Shown: positions 39,159 to 48,447 of the stretch, in pieces
Layout: the number at the start of each line of letters is the position of its first letter
How positions within the stretch are numbered: the stretch's first letter is position 1
DNA from: an uncultured Thermotogae bacterium
GTDB taxonomy: Bacteria > Bipolaricaulota > Bipolaricaulia > UBA7950 > UBA9294
Length of the DNA: 64,000 bases
Direction of reading: 5' to 3'
Assembly (NCBI GenBank): GCA_964523545.1
Contig: CAZFZM010000010.1
Coordinates: forward strand, 1,350-65,349
The notes under the pieces: generated by a model
What the model saw: only the letters and a program-made list of their open reading frames with translations
What the model was told of the DNA's origin: nothing
Database searches by the model: none
Program-made: the position numbers and the translations under genes

Positions 39159-40495
39159 TGCGGTTCCTGGGGCGGATGTCCTTCCAGGCGAAGCTCCTCG
39201 TCGCGTTCGTCCTGATCGTCTTCTTGACGTCGTTGGCCGGGTATCTGTTCATCAACCAGTCGGTGAAGCGGGCCTTCTCCGAGTTCACGGTAACCACGTA
39301 CACGCCGCAGGAGCGGGCCGTCCTTCAGCTCGTCCGCGCGTTCTACGAGCAGACGGGGAGCCTCGACGCCGTCATCGCGTTCCTCGAGAGGGGGCGGCGT
39401 GAGGTCCCGGTCCTTCTCGTCGATTCGGATCGCACCGTCGTCTATGCCCCGGATCCTCGAATCGTCGGTCGCCGTCTGTCGGTGGACCAGCTGGAAGAAG
39501 GGGTGACGATCGAGCTGGCCGACGGGGAGATCTGGACGGTGATCCCGTCCCGTGTCGTCCTCGGTCAGGCGATCCTCGAAGAGGGATTCCTCCGGACCAC
39601 CCGCCGATCGCTCTGGCTCTCCGGTCTCGTCGCGATGGTCGTCGCGATCCTCCTCTCGGTCCTCCTCCTTCGACAGGTCACCCGGCCGCTTCGGCGCCTC
39701 GACACAGCGACCCGTCGGATCGCTCGGGGGGAGTTCGACGAACGGGTCGGGGTCCACACGTCCGACGAGATCGGGCGCCTCGCCCAGTCGTTCAACGAGA
39801 TGGCCGAGAGCCTCGATCGGGCCGAACGGACGAAGAAGCGGATGATCGCCGACGTCTCCCACGAGCTTCGAACCCCGCTCGCCGCCGTTCGCAGCGCTCT
39901 CGAAGGCCTCCGGGACGGGCTGATCGAACCGACGCCGGAGACCCTCGCCTCCCTGCACGACAAGATCCTTCTGACGACCCGGTTGGTTCGCGATCTACAC
40001 CAGCTGACGCTCGCCGACGCCGGACGGCTGTCGGTCCATCCGGCCCCGTGCCGAATCGACGCGGTCGTCGACACGATCGTCGAAACGATCGGCGTCCAGC
40101 TCGAGGATTCGAGCCTCCGACTCGACAAGAGGATCGCCGCCAACCTGCCTCCGGTCCTCGTCGACCGCCAGCGGATCGAGCAGGTCTTTCTCAACCTCCT
40201 CGCCAACGCGATCCGCCACACGCCCGAGGGAGGCACGATTACGATCTCCGCCGCCGAACACGACGGAGGGATCCTGACGAGCATCTGCGACACCGGTCCC
40301 GGTCTGACGGAGTCCGATCTCGCCCACGTCTTCGATCGGTTCTACCGGGCCGACGACGCGCGAACGAGCGACGGTGGAGCGGGACTCGGGCTCTCGATCG
40401 CCAAGGCGCTCGTCGAAGCGCAGGGAGGGAGAATCTGGGCGGAGAACCAACCGTCCGGCGGGGCGTGCTTCCACGTCCTCCTGCCGACGGAGTAG
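39158..40495 (+). CDS. Sensor histidine kinase (2 TM, HAMP, HisKA, HATPase_c)
   Basis: The start overlaps the RR stop (TGATG). H-box ADVSHELRTPLAAV. NLLANAIRHTPEGG, DTGPGL, GGAGLGLSIAK. Confidence 0.85.
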   Translation: MRFLGRMSFQAKLLVAFVLIVFLTSLAGYLFINQSVKRAFSEFTVTTYTPQERAVLQLVRAFYEQTGSLDAVIAFLERGRREVPVLLVDSDRTVVYAPDPRIVGRRLSVDQLEEGVTIELADGEIWTVIPSRVVLGQAILEEGFLRTTRRSLWLSGLVAMVVAILLSVLLLRQVTRPLRRLDTATRRIARGEFDERVGVHTSDEIGRLAQSFNEMAESLDRAERTKKRMIADVSHELRTPLAAVRSALEGLRDGLIEPTPETLASLHDKILLTTRLVRDLHQLTLADAGRLSVHPAPCRIDAVVDTIVETIGVQLEDSSLRLDKRIAANLPPVLVDRQRIEQVFLNLLANAIRHTPEGGTITISAAEHDGGILTSICDTGPGLTESDLAHVFDRFYRADDARTSDGGAGLGLSIAKALVEAQGGRIWAENQPSGGACFHVLLPTE

Positions 40496-40599
40496 CCCGG
40501 CCTTGCATCAACGGCCCGCTCGTTCGAAGAAGGGTGTGCCGCCGTCCCGAAGGACGACGGCACGGACTACACCGGTGACCAAGAGGGCCGGTTCATTCG

Positions 40600-41415
40600 C
40601 TACTCGATCGCCTCCAGCTTCAGCTCGAGGACTTCGACCAGCTGCTCGATCCAATCGAGGCCTCGGTGGGTCATCCCGCGACCGATTTGAATCCGTCCGG
40701 TCGTCCCGCCGAGGTACCGAAGACCCTGGCTTGCCTGACTGCGGTTCCCGAAGCCTTGCGTCATTCCCTCGGCCCGTCCTCCGAACGGCATCCCGAAACC
40801 TCCGCGCGAGGTGTCGCCGCCGAGCCGTTCCTGTAGCCGCTCGAGAACCTCGGGGTACTCACCGAGCCGCTCTTCCAGCTGCCCGAGAATCTCCTCGCGA
40901 AGAGACGAGGTCGCTCCCGTACCGCGCTGCCCGAGGATCCCTCCGACGCCTCCCTGCGGCAGAAAAGTCGCGCCGCGATCCCCCAGGACTCCAGGGAAGA
41001 ACTCGGCGAGAATCTCGCCCTGCTTCAGCGTCAGGATCTCCTTGATCCGATCGATCACGTCCTCCGCGTGCTCGTACGCCGCTTGAACCTGCTCTTCGGT
41101 CTCGGCCCGGAACGCCTCGAGGACCTCGTCGAGCTCCTCTGCCGTACCGTTGAACGCGATCATTTCCTGCTCGAACTCCGCTCTACGAAGCTCGAGCGAT
41201 TCACGCTCCTCGAGAAGCTCCATGAGAAGCCCGTGGATCTCTTCCATCTGCTCGGGCGTCATCTCCATGCGGTTGACGAGCACGAGGAGCGGGAGATGGG
41301 TCCCCTCGACCTCGTCGTCTCCCGACCCGAACAGGACTTGCGTGCTCGCAGGGATCGCCGCGATCAATCCCAACAGGACCACCACCGATGCGATCCGTAG
41401 TCGTTTTCCTCTCAT
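40600..41415 (-). CDS. Secreted helical protein with LTXXQ-type motifs (CpxP/Spy-like)
   Basis: Signal peptide MRGKRLRIASVVVLLGLIAAIPAST. MTPEQMEEI and LTLKQGEIL motifs. Gly/Arg-rich C-terminal part. Confidence 0.5.
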   Translation of the reverse strand: MRGKRLRIASVVVLLGLIAAIPASTQVLFGSGDDEVEGTHLPLLVLVNRMEMTPEQMEEIHGLLMELLEERESLELRRAEFEQEMIAFNGTAEELDEVLEAFRAETEEQVQAAYEHAEDVIDRIKEILTLKQGEILAEFFPGVLGDRGATFLPQGGVGGILGQRGTGATSSLREEILGQLEERLGEYPEVLERLQERLGGDTSRGGFGMPFGGRAEGMTQGFGNRSQASQGLRYLGGTTGRIQIGRGMTHRGLDWIEQLVEVLELKLEAIE

Positions 41416-41579
41416 GTCCGATTCCTCCTTTTCGTCACGCGGTGCCCGTACGGTACGAGGCGGCGGTGAACGCTTCGGGCCAAACCTGTGGCGGGATTGT
41501 GAAGAGACCGACCGGTTGAAGGAAACGACGCGGCTGTGACAAACTTGTACCTCGGCTTCGCCGATGAAAGGAAGCGGGA

Positions 41580-42488
41580 ATGAAGAAGGCCGGATGGCTG
41601 GCTCTCGCCTTGATCGCTGCGTGCTCGTGGTCCGCGATGTCTCTCCGGATCGTCTGTACGACGACGATCGTGGGGGACGTCGTCGCTCGGATCGCCGGGG
41701 ATGGGAACGAAGTGACGGTCCTCCTTCCGGTCGATGCCGATCCCCACGCGTTCGAGCCGACGCCGCAGGATCTCGTCACGATTGCGCGTGCGGACGTCGT
41801 CTTCCTGAGCGGAGCCGGCTTGGAACGGAACCTCGAGCCGATCCTGTCGGCCGCCACGGGGCTCGTCGTGGCCCTTTCCGACGGACTCGATCTCATCGGA
41901 CCTGCCGGCTCGGACCACGAAGGCGCGGAACGCGACGAGCACGACCACGAGGGAGCCGACCCGCACGTCTGGTTCGATCCGTTCAACGTCGGCGCTTGGG
42001 TCGACCGTATTGCCGCCGTACTGAGCGATCTGGACCCCTCGGGTGAGTCCGAATACCGCGCGCGCGGCTCGGCGTACCGCTCAGAACTGGCCGAACTCGA
42101 CGCGTGGATGGACGAGGAGGTGGGACGCCTTCCGGAAGAGAAGCGTCTGCTCGTCACCGATCACGCCGTCTTCAGCTACTTCGCGGCGCGGTACGGATTC
42201 GACCAAGTCGGGACGATCTTCCCCGGGCTGAGCAGCCTCTCCGAGCCGTCGGCCCGGGACATCGCGGCGTTGGAGGAGGCGATCACGTCGCTCGGCGTCC
42301 CCGTCCTCTTCGTCGGGACCACGGTCAATCGATCGTTGGCCGAGCGGGTCGCGGCCGACACTGGAACGCGGATCGTCGTCCTCTACACCGGCTCGCTGAG
42401 CGACCCGGACGGGCCGGCCGCCAGCTACCTCGACCTGATGCGCTACGATGTACGGGCGATCGTGGACGGGCTGTCGGAGGGACCGTGA
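41580..42488 (+). CDS. znuA: Metal ABC substrate-binding lipoprotein with His/acid-rich loop (ZnuA-like)
   Basis: Lipobox LALIAAC. DADPHAFEPTPQD. Loop SDHEGAERDEHDHEGADPHVW, typical of zinc-specific ZnuA. Confidence 0.7.
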   Translation: MKKAGWLALALIAACSWSAMSLRIVCTTTIVGDVVARIAGDGNEVTVLLPVDADPHAFEPTPQDLVTIARADVVFLSGAGLERNLEPILSAATGLVVALSDGLDLIGPAGSDHEGAERDEHDHEGADPHVWFDPFNVGAWVDRIAAVLSDLDPSGESEYRARGSAYRSELAELDAWMDEEVGRLPEEKRLLVTDHAVFSYFAARYGFDQVGTIFPGLSSLSEPSARDIAALEEAITSLGVPVLFVGTTVNRSLAERVAADTGTRIVVLYTGSLSDPDGPAASYLDLMRYDVRAIVDGLSEGP

Positions 42489-43354
42489 AAAGTCGTGAAT
42501 CCCGACCCAAGCAGAGCGGATCGCGCCGGCTTCCCTTCGGGAGGCGCGCGCACGCCGTCCATCTGGCCGACGCGCCGGCCGTCGCGGTCTCGGGCATTTC
42601 TGCGACCCTCGGCGGGCGACCGGCGTTGACCGACGTCACCTTCGAGCTGGCCGTCGGAATGCAGCTGGCCGTCGTCGGACCGAACGGTGCCGGGAAGACG
42701 ACGCTCCTGCGGGTCCTCGCCGGGCTCCTCCCGCCTTCGCACGGTGAGGTCCGCGTCCACGGGCACGGTCCCTGCGGCCACATCTGCATCGCCTACGTCC
42801 CGCAGAGAAGCGGGATCGACTGGCGGTTCCCGGTGACGGTTCACGACGTCGTCATGATGGGGCGGATCCAGCGGATCGGCCCATTCCGCCGTGCCGGTGC
42901 GAACGATCGCAGGATCGTTCGGGAGGCCCTCGCCGCGGTCGGGCTCTCCGACCTGGCGCGTCGACAGATCGAGGAGCTCTCCGGTGGCCAGCAACAGCGG
43001 ATGTTCCTCGCGCGGGCTCTCGCGCAAGAAGCGGACCTCGCCCTGCTCGACGAGCCGCTCGCCGGACTCGACCTTCATTCGCGAAACGAGGTCCTCGAAC
43101 GGATCGCGGGCCTACGAGACCGAAGCGTGAGCGTGATCGTTGCGCTCCACGACCTGGGGATCGCTGCCGCGTCGTTCGATGAAGTCCTTCTCCTCAACCG
43201 GAGGTTGATCGGCCACGGGCCGGCACGCGCGGTGTTCTCTGAGGTGAACCTGCGCGAGGCGTACGGAAGCTGCCTCCACTTGGCCGAGGGGAAATCGGGG
43301 ACGGTCGTCGTCCACGACACGGCCTGCACAGGGGGTGACGATGAGCTTCGTTGA
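42485..43354 (+). CDS. znuC: Metal ABC ATP-binding protein
   Basis: GTG 42485 overlaps the znuA stop (GTGA). VVGPNGAGKTTLL, LSGGQQQRMFLARAL, ALLDEPLAGLD. Confidence 0.75.
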   Translation: MKSRESRPKQSGSRRLPFGRRAHAVHLADAPAVAVSGISATLGGRPALTDVTFELAVGMQLAVVGPNGAGKTTLLRVLAGLLPPSHGEVRVHGHGPCGHICIAYVPQRSGIDWRFPVTVHDVVMMGRIQRIGPFRRAGANDRRIVREALAAVGLSDLARRQIEELSGGQQQRMFLARALAQEADLALLDEPLAGLDLHSRNEVLERIAGLRDRSVSVIVALHDLGIAAASFDEVLLLNRRLIGHGPARAVFSEVNLREAYGSCLHLAEGKSGTVVVHDTACTGGDDELR

Positions 43355-44201
43355 AGCGATCGTCGAACCTCTCCGCTACCCGTTCATGGTCCGAGGACTG
43401 ATCGCCGCCATGTCGGTCGGAGGGCTCTGCGCCGTCGTCGGCTCGTTCGTCGTCCTCCGAGGAATGACGTTCATGGGGGACGCGATCGCCCACTCGATTC
43501 TTCCCGGACTGGCCGGCGGTGTCCTGACCGTAGGCCGTGGGGATCGCCGGGTGCTCTTCTGGTGGGCCCTCGGAACGGCGATCCTCGTCGCCCTCGGAAT
43601 GGGATGGATCAGCGAACGGGAGCGCGTTCGCGAGGACACCGCGATCGGCATCGTCTTCGCCGGGATGTTCGCCCTCGGAATCGCTCTCATCTCGACCGTT
43701 CGCGGGTTCGCCGTCGACCTCGTCCACTTCCTGTTCGGCAACGTACTCGGTGTTTCGAACGCCGATCTGGTCCTGATCGGCGCGTTCGGCGGTGCCGTCC
43801 TCGTCTTGCTGCTGGTCTTCTACAAGGAGCTGGTCGCCGTCTCGTTCGATCCGACGCTGGCGCGAACGCTCCGCCTGCCGACGACCGCGTACCGATACCT
43901 TCTCTTCGTGCTCGTCGCGGTCACCGTCGTTGTCTCACTGCAGACGGTGGGAGTCGGTCTGATGCTCGCCATGTTGATCGTCCCCGCGTCGACGGCGTTC
44001 CTGATCGCGCGCCGCCTCCCTCGGATGATGGCGATCGGAGCACTCCTTGGGATCCTCTCCGGCGCGATCGGTCTCTACCTCTCGTTCTATTGGAGCGTCG
44101 CATCGGGAGCTTCGATCGTCCTCGTCGCGATCGCGTTCTTCTTCTTCGCTCTTCTCTTGTCGCCGCGTCGCGGACTCTTCGGCCGGCTTCGGGGCCGCTA
44201 G
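43335..44201 (+). CDS. znuB: Metal ABC permease
   Basis: MSFVEAIVEPLRYPFMVRGLIAAMSVGGLCAVVGSFVVLRGMTFMGDAIAHS. Start GTG 43335 or ATG 43341. Confidence 0.75.
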   Translation: MTMSFVEAIVEPLRYPFMVRGLIAAMSVGGLCAVVGSFVVLRGMTFMGDAIAHSILPGLAGGVLTVGRGDRRVLFWWALGTAILVALGMGWISERERVREDTAIGIVFAGMFALGIALISTVRGFAVDLVHFLFGNVLGVSNADLVLIGAFGGAVLVLLLVFYKELVAVSFDPTLARTLRLPTTAYRYLLFVLVAVTVVVSLQTVGVGLMLAMLIVPASTAFLIARRLPRMMAIGALLGILSGAIGLYLSFYWSVASGASIVLVAIAFFFFALLLSPRRGLFGRLRGR

Positions 44202-44348
44202 TTACGTCCCCGAACGCGCCTCACCGAAAACGCACGGTCCGCTCACCGGACCTCCACCGAGACGCTCTACGACTGACGGTGATGAGAACAGAATCGCTTC
44301 ACAGGAACGAAACTCCGTCGAAAGGCGGAAGAACGAGAGGAGGCCGTC

Positions 44349-44930
44349 ATGAACCGTAAGGCACTCAGAATTGCTCTGTCGCTGGCGACAGCGGTGGCCT
44401 TGGGCCTGTCGCTGTTCTTCGCCGTCGACCTGATCTCGGCGAGGACCGGAATGGCGCAAGAATCGGAAGAAGGAGAGGCGGACGAGGCGATCCTGCTGCC
44501 CGAGTGGGCGAGCATCGAACTCGTCGACGCGGTCACCGGCGAGTCGTTCACGATCGCCGACTTCGCCGGCAAACCGATCCTCGTCGAGAGCTTCGCCGTC
44601 TGGTGCCCGATCTGCCTCCGCCAGCAGAGGGAGATGGCGAGGCTGCTCGAACTCAAAGGCGATTCGATCGTCCACGTCTCACTCGACACCGATCCGAACG
44701 AGGACGTCGTCGCGGTGAGGCTGCACGCCGAGGGACACGGATTCACGTGGCTCTTCGCCGTGGCGCCGGTCGAGATGACGCAGAGGCTGATCGATGAATT
44801 TGGGCTGATCGTGGCCAACCCCCCGAGCGCTCCGGTCATCTTCATCGACGTCGACGGTTCCGCACGGCTGCTTCCACGCGGGGTGAAATCGGCCGAGGAG
44901 CTGCTCGAGGAGATCGCGGGGAGCGGCTGA
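44349..44930 (+). CDS. Membrane-anchored thioredoxin-fold thiol:disulfide oxidoreductase (TlpA/ResA-like)
   Basis: N-terminal anchor, active site FAVWCPIC. GAGAGGAGG RBS. Confidence 0.75.
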   Translation: MNRKALRIALSLATAVALGLSLFFAVDLISARTGMAQESEEGEADEAILLPEWASIELVDAVTGESFTIADFAGKPILVESFAVWCPICLRQQREMARLLELKGDSIVHVSLDTDPNEDVVAVRLHAEGHGFTWLFAVAPVEMTQRLIDEFGLIVANPPSAPVIFIDVDGSARLLPRGVKSAEELLEEIAGSG

Positions 44931-45625
44931 TGCCTCTCCTCGCCGACCTGGCCGAATCGTTCGTCCTCGGCGTTCTCACGCCGCTCGGCGCGGTCTGCGT
45001 CCTTCCACTCTATCCCGGGTTTCTCGCCTACCTGTCCAACCGACTCGCCGGGAGGGAGGCGAAGCGGGGGACGATCCTCCTCTTCGCCGTGAACGTGACC
45101 GGCGGCGTGGTCGCGTTCATGTTTCTCCTCGGGCTGATCTTCACGACGATCCTGCAGGTCTCGCTCACCCGCGTGATCGGCGTCGTCTCGCCGATCGCGT
45201 TCGGGATCCTCCTCGTCCTCAGCATCCTGCTCCTGTTCGACGTCGACGTCGGCCGGCTGCTCCCCAAGGCGAAGGCGAAGGCCCCGAAATCGAAGAGCCC
45301 GTGGTGGACCGCGTTCCTGTACGGGTTCTTCTTCGGAGCGATCGTCATCCCGTGCAACCCCCTGTTCATCGCCATCTTCTTCACACGCTCGGTCTCGGTC
45401 CTTGGATTCGGAGCGAACGTTCTCCGGTTCCTCGCGTTCGGGGTCGGGATCGCCGCGCCGTTGCTCGCCCTCGCCGCCGTGTCGACCGCCGCGTCCGGCG
45501 CCGTCATCCGGTTCCTGACGCGCTACAAGTCCGTGATCAACCGGATCGCCGGGCTAGCAATGCTCGGCATCTCGATCTACTACCTCGTCTTCGTCTTTCG
45601 GATCTTCGACACCCTGTTCGGCTAG
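44930..45625 (+). CDS. CcdA/DsbD-type transmembrane electron transporter
   Basis: TM Cys motifs GAVCVLPLYPG and IVIPCNPLF. TGATG overlap with the thioredoxin gene. Confidence 0.75.
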   Translation: MPLLADLAESFVLGVLTPLGAVCVLPLYPGFLAYLSNRLAGREAKRGTILLFAVNVTGGVVAFMFLLGLIFTTILQVSLTRVIGVVSPIAFGILLVLSILLLFDVDVGRLLPKAKAKAPKSKSPWWTAFLYGFFFGAIVIPCNPLFIAIFFTRSVSVLGFGANVLRFLAFGVGIAAPLLALAAVSTAASGAVIRFLTRYKSVINRIAGLAMLGISIYYLVFVFRIFDTLFG

Positions 45626-45685
45626 ACGGTCTTCCGTGCGGTCTCACCGCCGAAGCCCGGCCGATGCAGGGCCCGTCATCCGCGC

Positions 45686-46621
45686 TTGAGCGCCGGACGA
45701 TCGGCCGCTACCGTCTGCAGCGTGGACATCGGACTGCGGCCCGTCACGCCCGAGGATCGACCGCGAATCGTCGAGATCTCGTCGCAGATCTGGGACGGCC
45801 ACGACTACGTTCCCGAACTGCTCGACGAGTGGTTCGCCGACGCGGACGGCGAGGTCGTCGGTGCTGAGACCGGCGGCGAGCTCGTCGGCTTCGCTCGGCG
45901 GACGTGGCTCGCGCCCCGCCTTGCGTGGTTCGAGGGGATCCGGACCGATCCGGCCTACCGCGGCCGGGGCGTCGGCCGAGCCATCACGGAGCACCTGATC
46001 GACCAGGCTCGCGCGGCCGGGGCCGCACGGATCAGTCTCTCGACGTACGTCGACAACGAAGCGTCGATCCACATCATCGAGTCCTACGGCTTCGAGCGTG
46101 TCGCAACGTTCGTCTATCGCGAGCGGCCCGCGGCCGCGCCGCCAATCGAGGCGAGCCCCGAGGTCGATCCCCACATCACGGCCGCCACGGAGGATGAGAC
46201 AATCGACTTCGTCGCCGACTCCCCGTTCCTGCGATTGGCCAACCGGCGCTTCCCCCGCGGGTGGCGGTTCTTCCCGTTCGATCACGATCCCGCCGCGGCC
46301 GTCGCGCGGATGAGCGTGCGCCTCGGATGGCGGAGCGGCAGCCGCCTCGAGGCCCTTCTCTGCTCACGGTGGCCTCCCGGGGCTCCGAAGACCGTCATCA
46401 ACTTCCTCGACGGCGCCCCCGATGCGATGCGGGAACTCCTCCGACGCGCGCGCTCCCTCTATCCGAGCGCGGAGATCGCGTTCATGGTCCCGGCAATCGA
46501 GGGGCAGATCGCCGCAGTCGATCCCTTCTTGGACGAACACGGGTTTGCGCTGTGGGCGAACGGCGCGCCCGACGTCTTCCTCTACGAACTCCCATTGAAA
46601 GAGCCAAGAGACGGAGGCTGA
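45686..46621 (+). CDS. GNAT acetyltransferase with an uncharacterised C-terminal domain
   Basis: IRTDPAYRGRGVGRAITEHLI. Start uncertain (a GTG near 45722 gives VDIGLRPVTPEDR). Confidence 0.6.
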   Translation: MSAGRSAATVCSVDIGLRPVTPEDRPRIVEISSQIWDGHDYVPELLDEWFADADGEVVGAETGGELVGFARRTWLAPRLAWFEGIRTDPAYRGRGVGRAITEHLIDQARAAGAARISLSTYVDNEASIHIIESYGFERVATFVYRERPAAAPPIEASPEVDPHITAATEDETIDFVADSPFLRLANRRFPRGWRFFPFDHDPAAAVARMSVRLGWRSGSRLEALLCSRWPPGAPKTVINFLDGAPDAMRELLRRARSLYPSAEIAFMVPAIEGQIAAVDPFLDEHGFALWANGAPDVFLYELPLKEPRDGG

Positions 46622-46669
46622 CCGATCGACTATGATGAGGCCGGAGGCCTCTCACCAGGACGGAACCCG

Positions 46670-47458
46670 ATGAACGACCCACGGCCGGACCTCACGGAAC
46701 AGGAGCGTGCGCGATACGCGCGCCATCTCGTCCTTCCCCAGATCGGCGAGGAGGGGCAAAGGAAGTTGAAGGCGGCTCGCGCCCTGATCGTCGGGCTCGG
46801 TGGGCTTGGCAGCGCCGCCGCGCTCTACCTCGCGGGAGCCGGTGTCGGCCGGATCGGCATCGTCGACGACGACGTCGTCTCCTTCTCCAACCTCCAGCGC
46901 CAGGTCCTCCACGGAGAAAAGATGCTCGACCGCCCGAAGGTCGAGAGCGCCGCGTCACGCCTCGCCGATCTGAACCGGGACGTCGCCGTCGAGACGTTCC
47001 CCGTCCGTTTCGAAACCGAAAGCGGCCGGCGGATCGCCCGCGGGTACGACCTGATCGTTGACGGGACCGACAACTTCGAGACACGCTACGCGATCAACGA
47101 CGTCTGCCTCACCCTCGGAATCCCCTACGTCTACGGCGCCATCTTCCGCCTCGAGGGTCAAGTGAGCCTGTTGTGCACCCACGAGGGCCCGTGCTATCGC
47201 TGCCTCTTCCCCGAGCCTCCGGCGCCGGAAACCATCATGACCGGCGAGCGTGCCGGGATCCTCGGCGCCGTCCCAGGGACGATCGGAACGCTCCAGGCGA
47301 CCGAGGCGATCAAGTGGGTCGTCGGCACCGGCACGCCGCTCGTCGGCCGGCTCCTCGTCTACGACGCGGCCGGGATGCGATTCGAGGAGATCTCGATCGA
47401 AAGGCATCCCGGCTGCGTTTCGTGCGGCACCCTTCGCCCGGATACCGCGGGAACGTAG
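46670..47458 (+). CDS. MoeB/ThiF/HesA-family E1-like adenylyltransferase
   Basis: IVGLGGLGSAAALYLAGAGVGRIGIVDDD, SNLQRQ, GPCYRCLFPEPP. C-terminal CVSCG. Confidence 0.8.
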   Translation: MNDPRPDLTEQERARYARHLVLPQIGEEGQRKLKAARALIVGLGGLGSAAALYLAGAGVGRIGIVDDDVVSFSNLQRQVLHGEKMLDRPKVESAASRLADLNRDVAVETFPVRFETESGRRIARGYDLIVDGTDNFETRYAINDVCLTLGIPYVYGAIFRLEGQVSLLCTHEGPCYRCLFPEPPAPETIMTGERAGILGAVPGTIGTLQATEAIKWVVGTGTPLVGRLLVYDAAGMRFEEISIERHPGCVSCGTLRPDTAGT

Positions 47459-47484
47459 AGGCGTCGACTACGTGGAGAGCCCCA

Positions 47485-47760
47485 TCAAGCCCTCACTCCG
47501 ACCTCTACGCGGGGCGACACCATGAGGTCCGTCACATGGCGCCCACGACGGTCGCACCACTCGGTCCACCGACCCGCCGTGAAGACTTCCAGGCCGTACT
47601 CGCTCGTCAGAACCGTGGGGTCCTCCTCCCGCCTCGCCTGGAGGAGTCGAATCACCACACACGCTTCGCTCGGCGAACGGACCGAGAACAAGAGACGACG
47701 CGCCTCTCTCGCCCTGGTACCGAGCGGCCGATTGACAACGCTCCAAACTCGGTAGAGCAT
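47485..47760 (-). CDS. Small protein (91 aa), paralog of 48158-48436
   Basis: Track ORF trimmed to ATG 47760 (GGGGAGGG RBS). MLYRVWSVVNRP, PTVLTSEYGLEVFTAGRWTEWCD. Confidence 0.55.
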   Translation of the reverse strand: MLYRVWSVVNRPLGTRAREARRLLFSVRSPSEACVVIRLLQARREEDPTVLTSEYGLEVFTAGRWTEWCDRRGRHVTDLMVSPRVEVGVRA

Positions 47761-47853
47761 CGTTCCCTCCCCGTTCGCCTGTGAGCACGTGAAGACCGGC
47801 TTCACGCAGTCAGCGAATCCGGAAGAACGGCGCCACGACCGTACCGCGGCGTT

Positions 47854-48093
47854 TCACACGGGCACACCGCATTCCTCCGGGTTCTCGACCGCGGATTCGG
47901 ATCGTGCCTCGCGTTTCTCCAGGACAGAGGAGCTGAACCCTCTCGAAGTCGCGTCGTGGGAAGGGCCGCGGTTGGCCGCGGGATCGACCGAAATCCCGAG
48001 CCTTCCAAGGACTCTCTCATCAGCGCACGCCGCCCGGAAGAGTCTGGCGATCCAGACTTGCTCCGGGGTGAGCCGCCTAGTGACGTCGCGCAT
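47854..48093 (-). CDS. Small ORF (79 aa) with an HTH-like N-terminus between the two paralogs
   Basis: In-frame part of track ORF 47854..48222. ATG 48093 is preceded by GGAGGTGA + 5 nt. MRDVTRRLTPEQVWIARLFRAACADERVLGRLGISVD. High GC3. The C-terminal half is low-complexity. Confidence 0.4.
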   Translation of the reverse strand: MRDVTRRLTPEQVWIARLFRAACADERVLGRLGISVDPAANRGPSHDATSRGFSSSVLEKREARSESAVENPEECGVPV

Positions 48094-48157
48094 TCCGATC
48101 ACCTCCATACGGGAAGTCGCGTCTACTCTTGAGTGCATCCGCCGGCTCCGTGGGTCC

Positions 48158-48436
48158 TTACACCGGAACGAGTTCCCGTTCGCGAGACTTCGTCCCGAAA
48201 CGTTCCAACACGTCGAATCCACCGTCGTCGTACCACTCCCTCCAGCCGTCGATGGAGAAGTACTCGAGCCCGAACTCGCTCGTCATGACAGAGGCGTCCG
48301 TCGCTTGCTGAGATCGCAGAATCGTGATGACCTCGTACCCGGAGGCCGGCGAATACACCGAGATGTAATGCCGATGCCAATCCTCCAACTCCGTGTCCGG
48401 CGAGCGATTGACCGCGTTCCACACTCGGTACTTCAT
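48158..48436 (-). CDS. Small protein (92 aa) directly coupled to gdh, paralog of 47485-47760
   Basis: GAGGAGG RBS overlapping the gdh stop. MKYRVWNAVNRS, ASVMTSEFGLEYFSIDGWREWYD. Confidence 0.6.
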   Translation of the reverse strand: MKYRVWNAVNRSPDTELEDWHRHYISVYSPASGYEVITILRSQQATDASVMTSEFGLEYFSIDGWREWYDDGGFDVLERFGTKSRERELVPV

Positions 48437-48447
48437 CGGAACCTCCT

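Noticed and set aside
40496-40599. Hairpin GTGCCGCCGTC-CCGAAG-GACGACGGCAC between the convergent HK and CpxP-like genes, considered as a terminator
   Set aside because: The stem contains a C-A mismatch and there is no U tract on either strand. Too weak to annotate.
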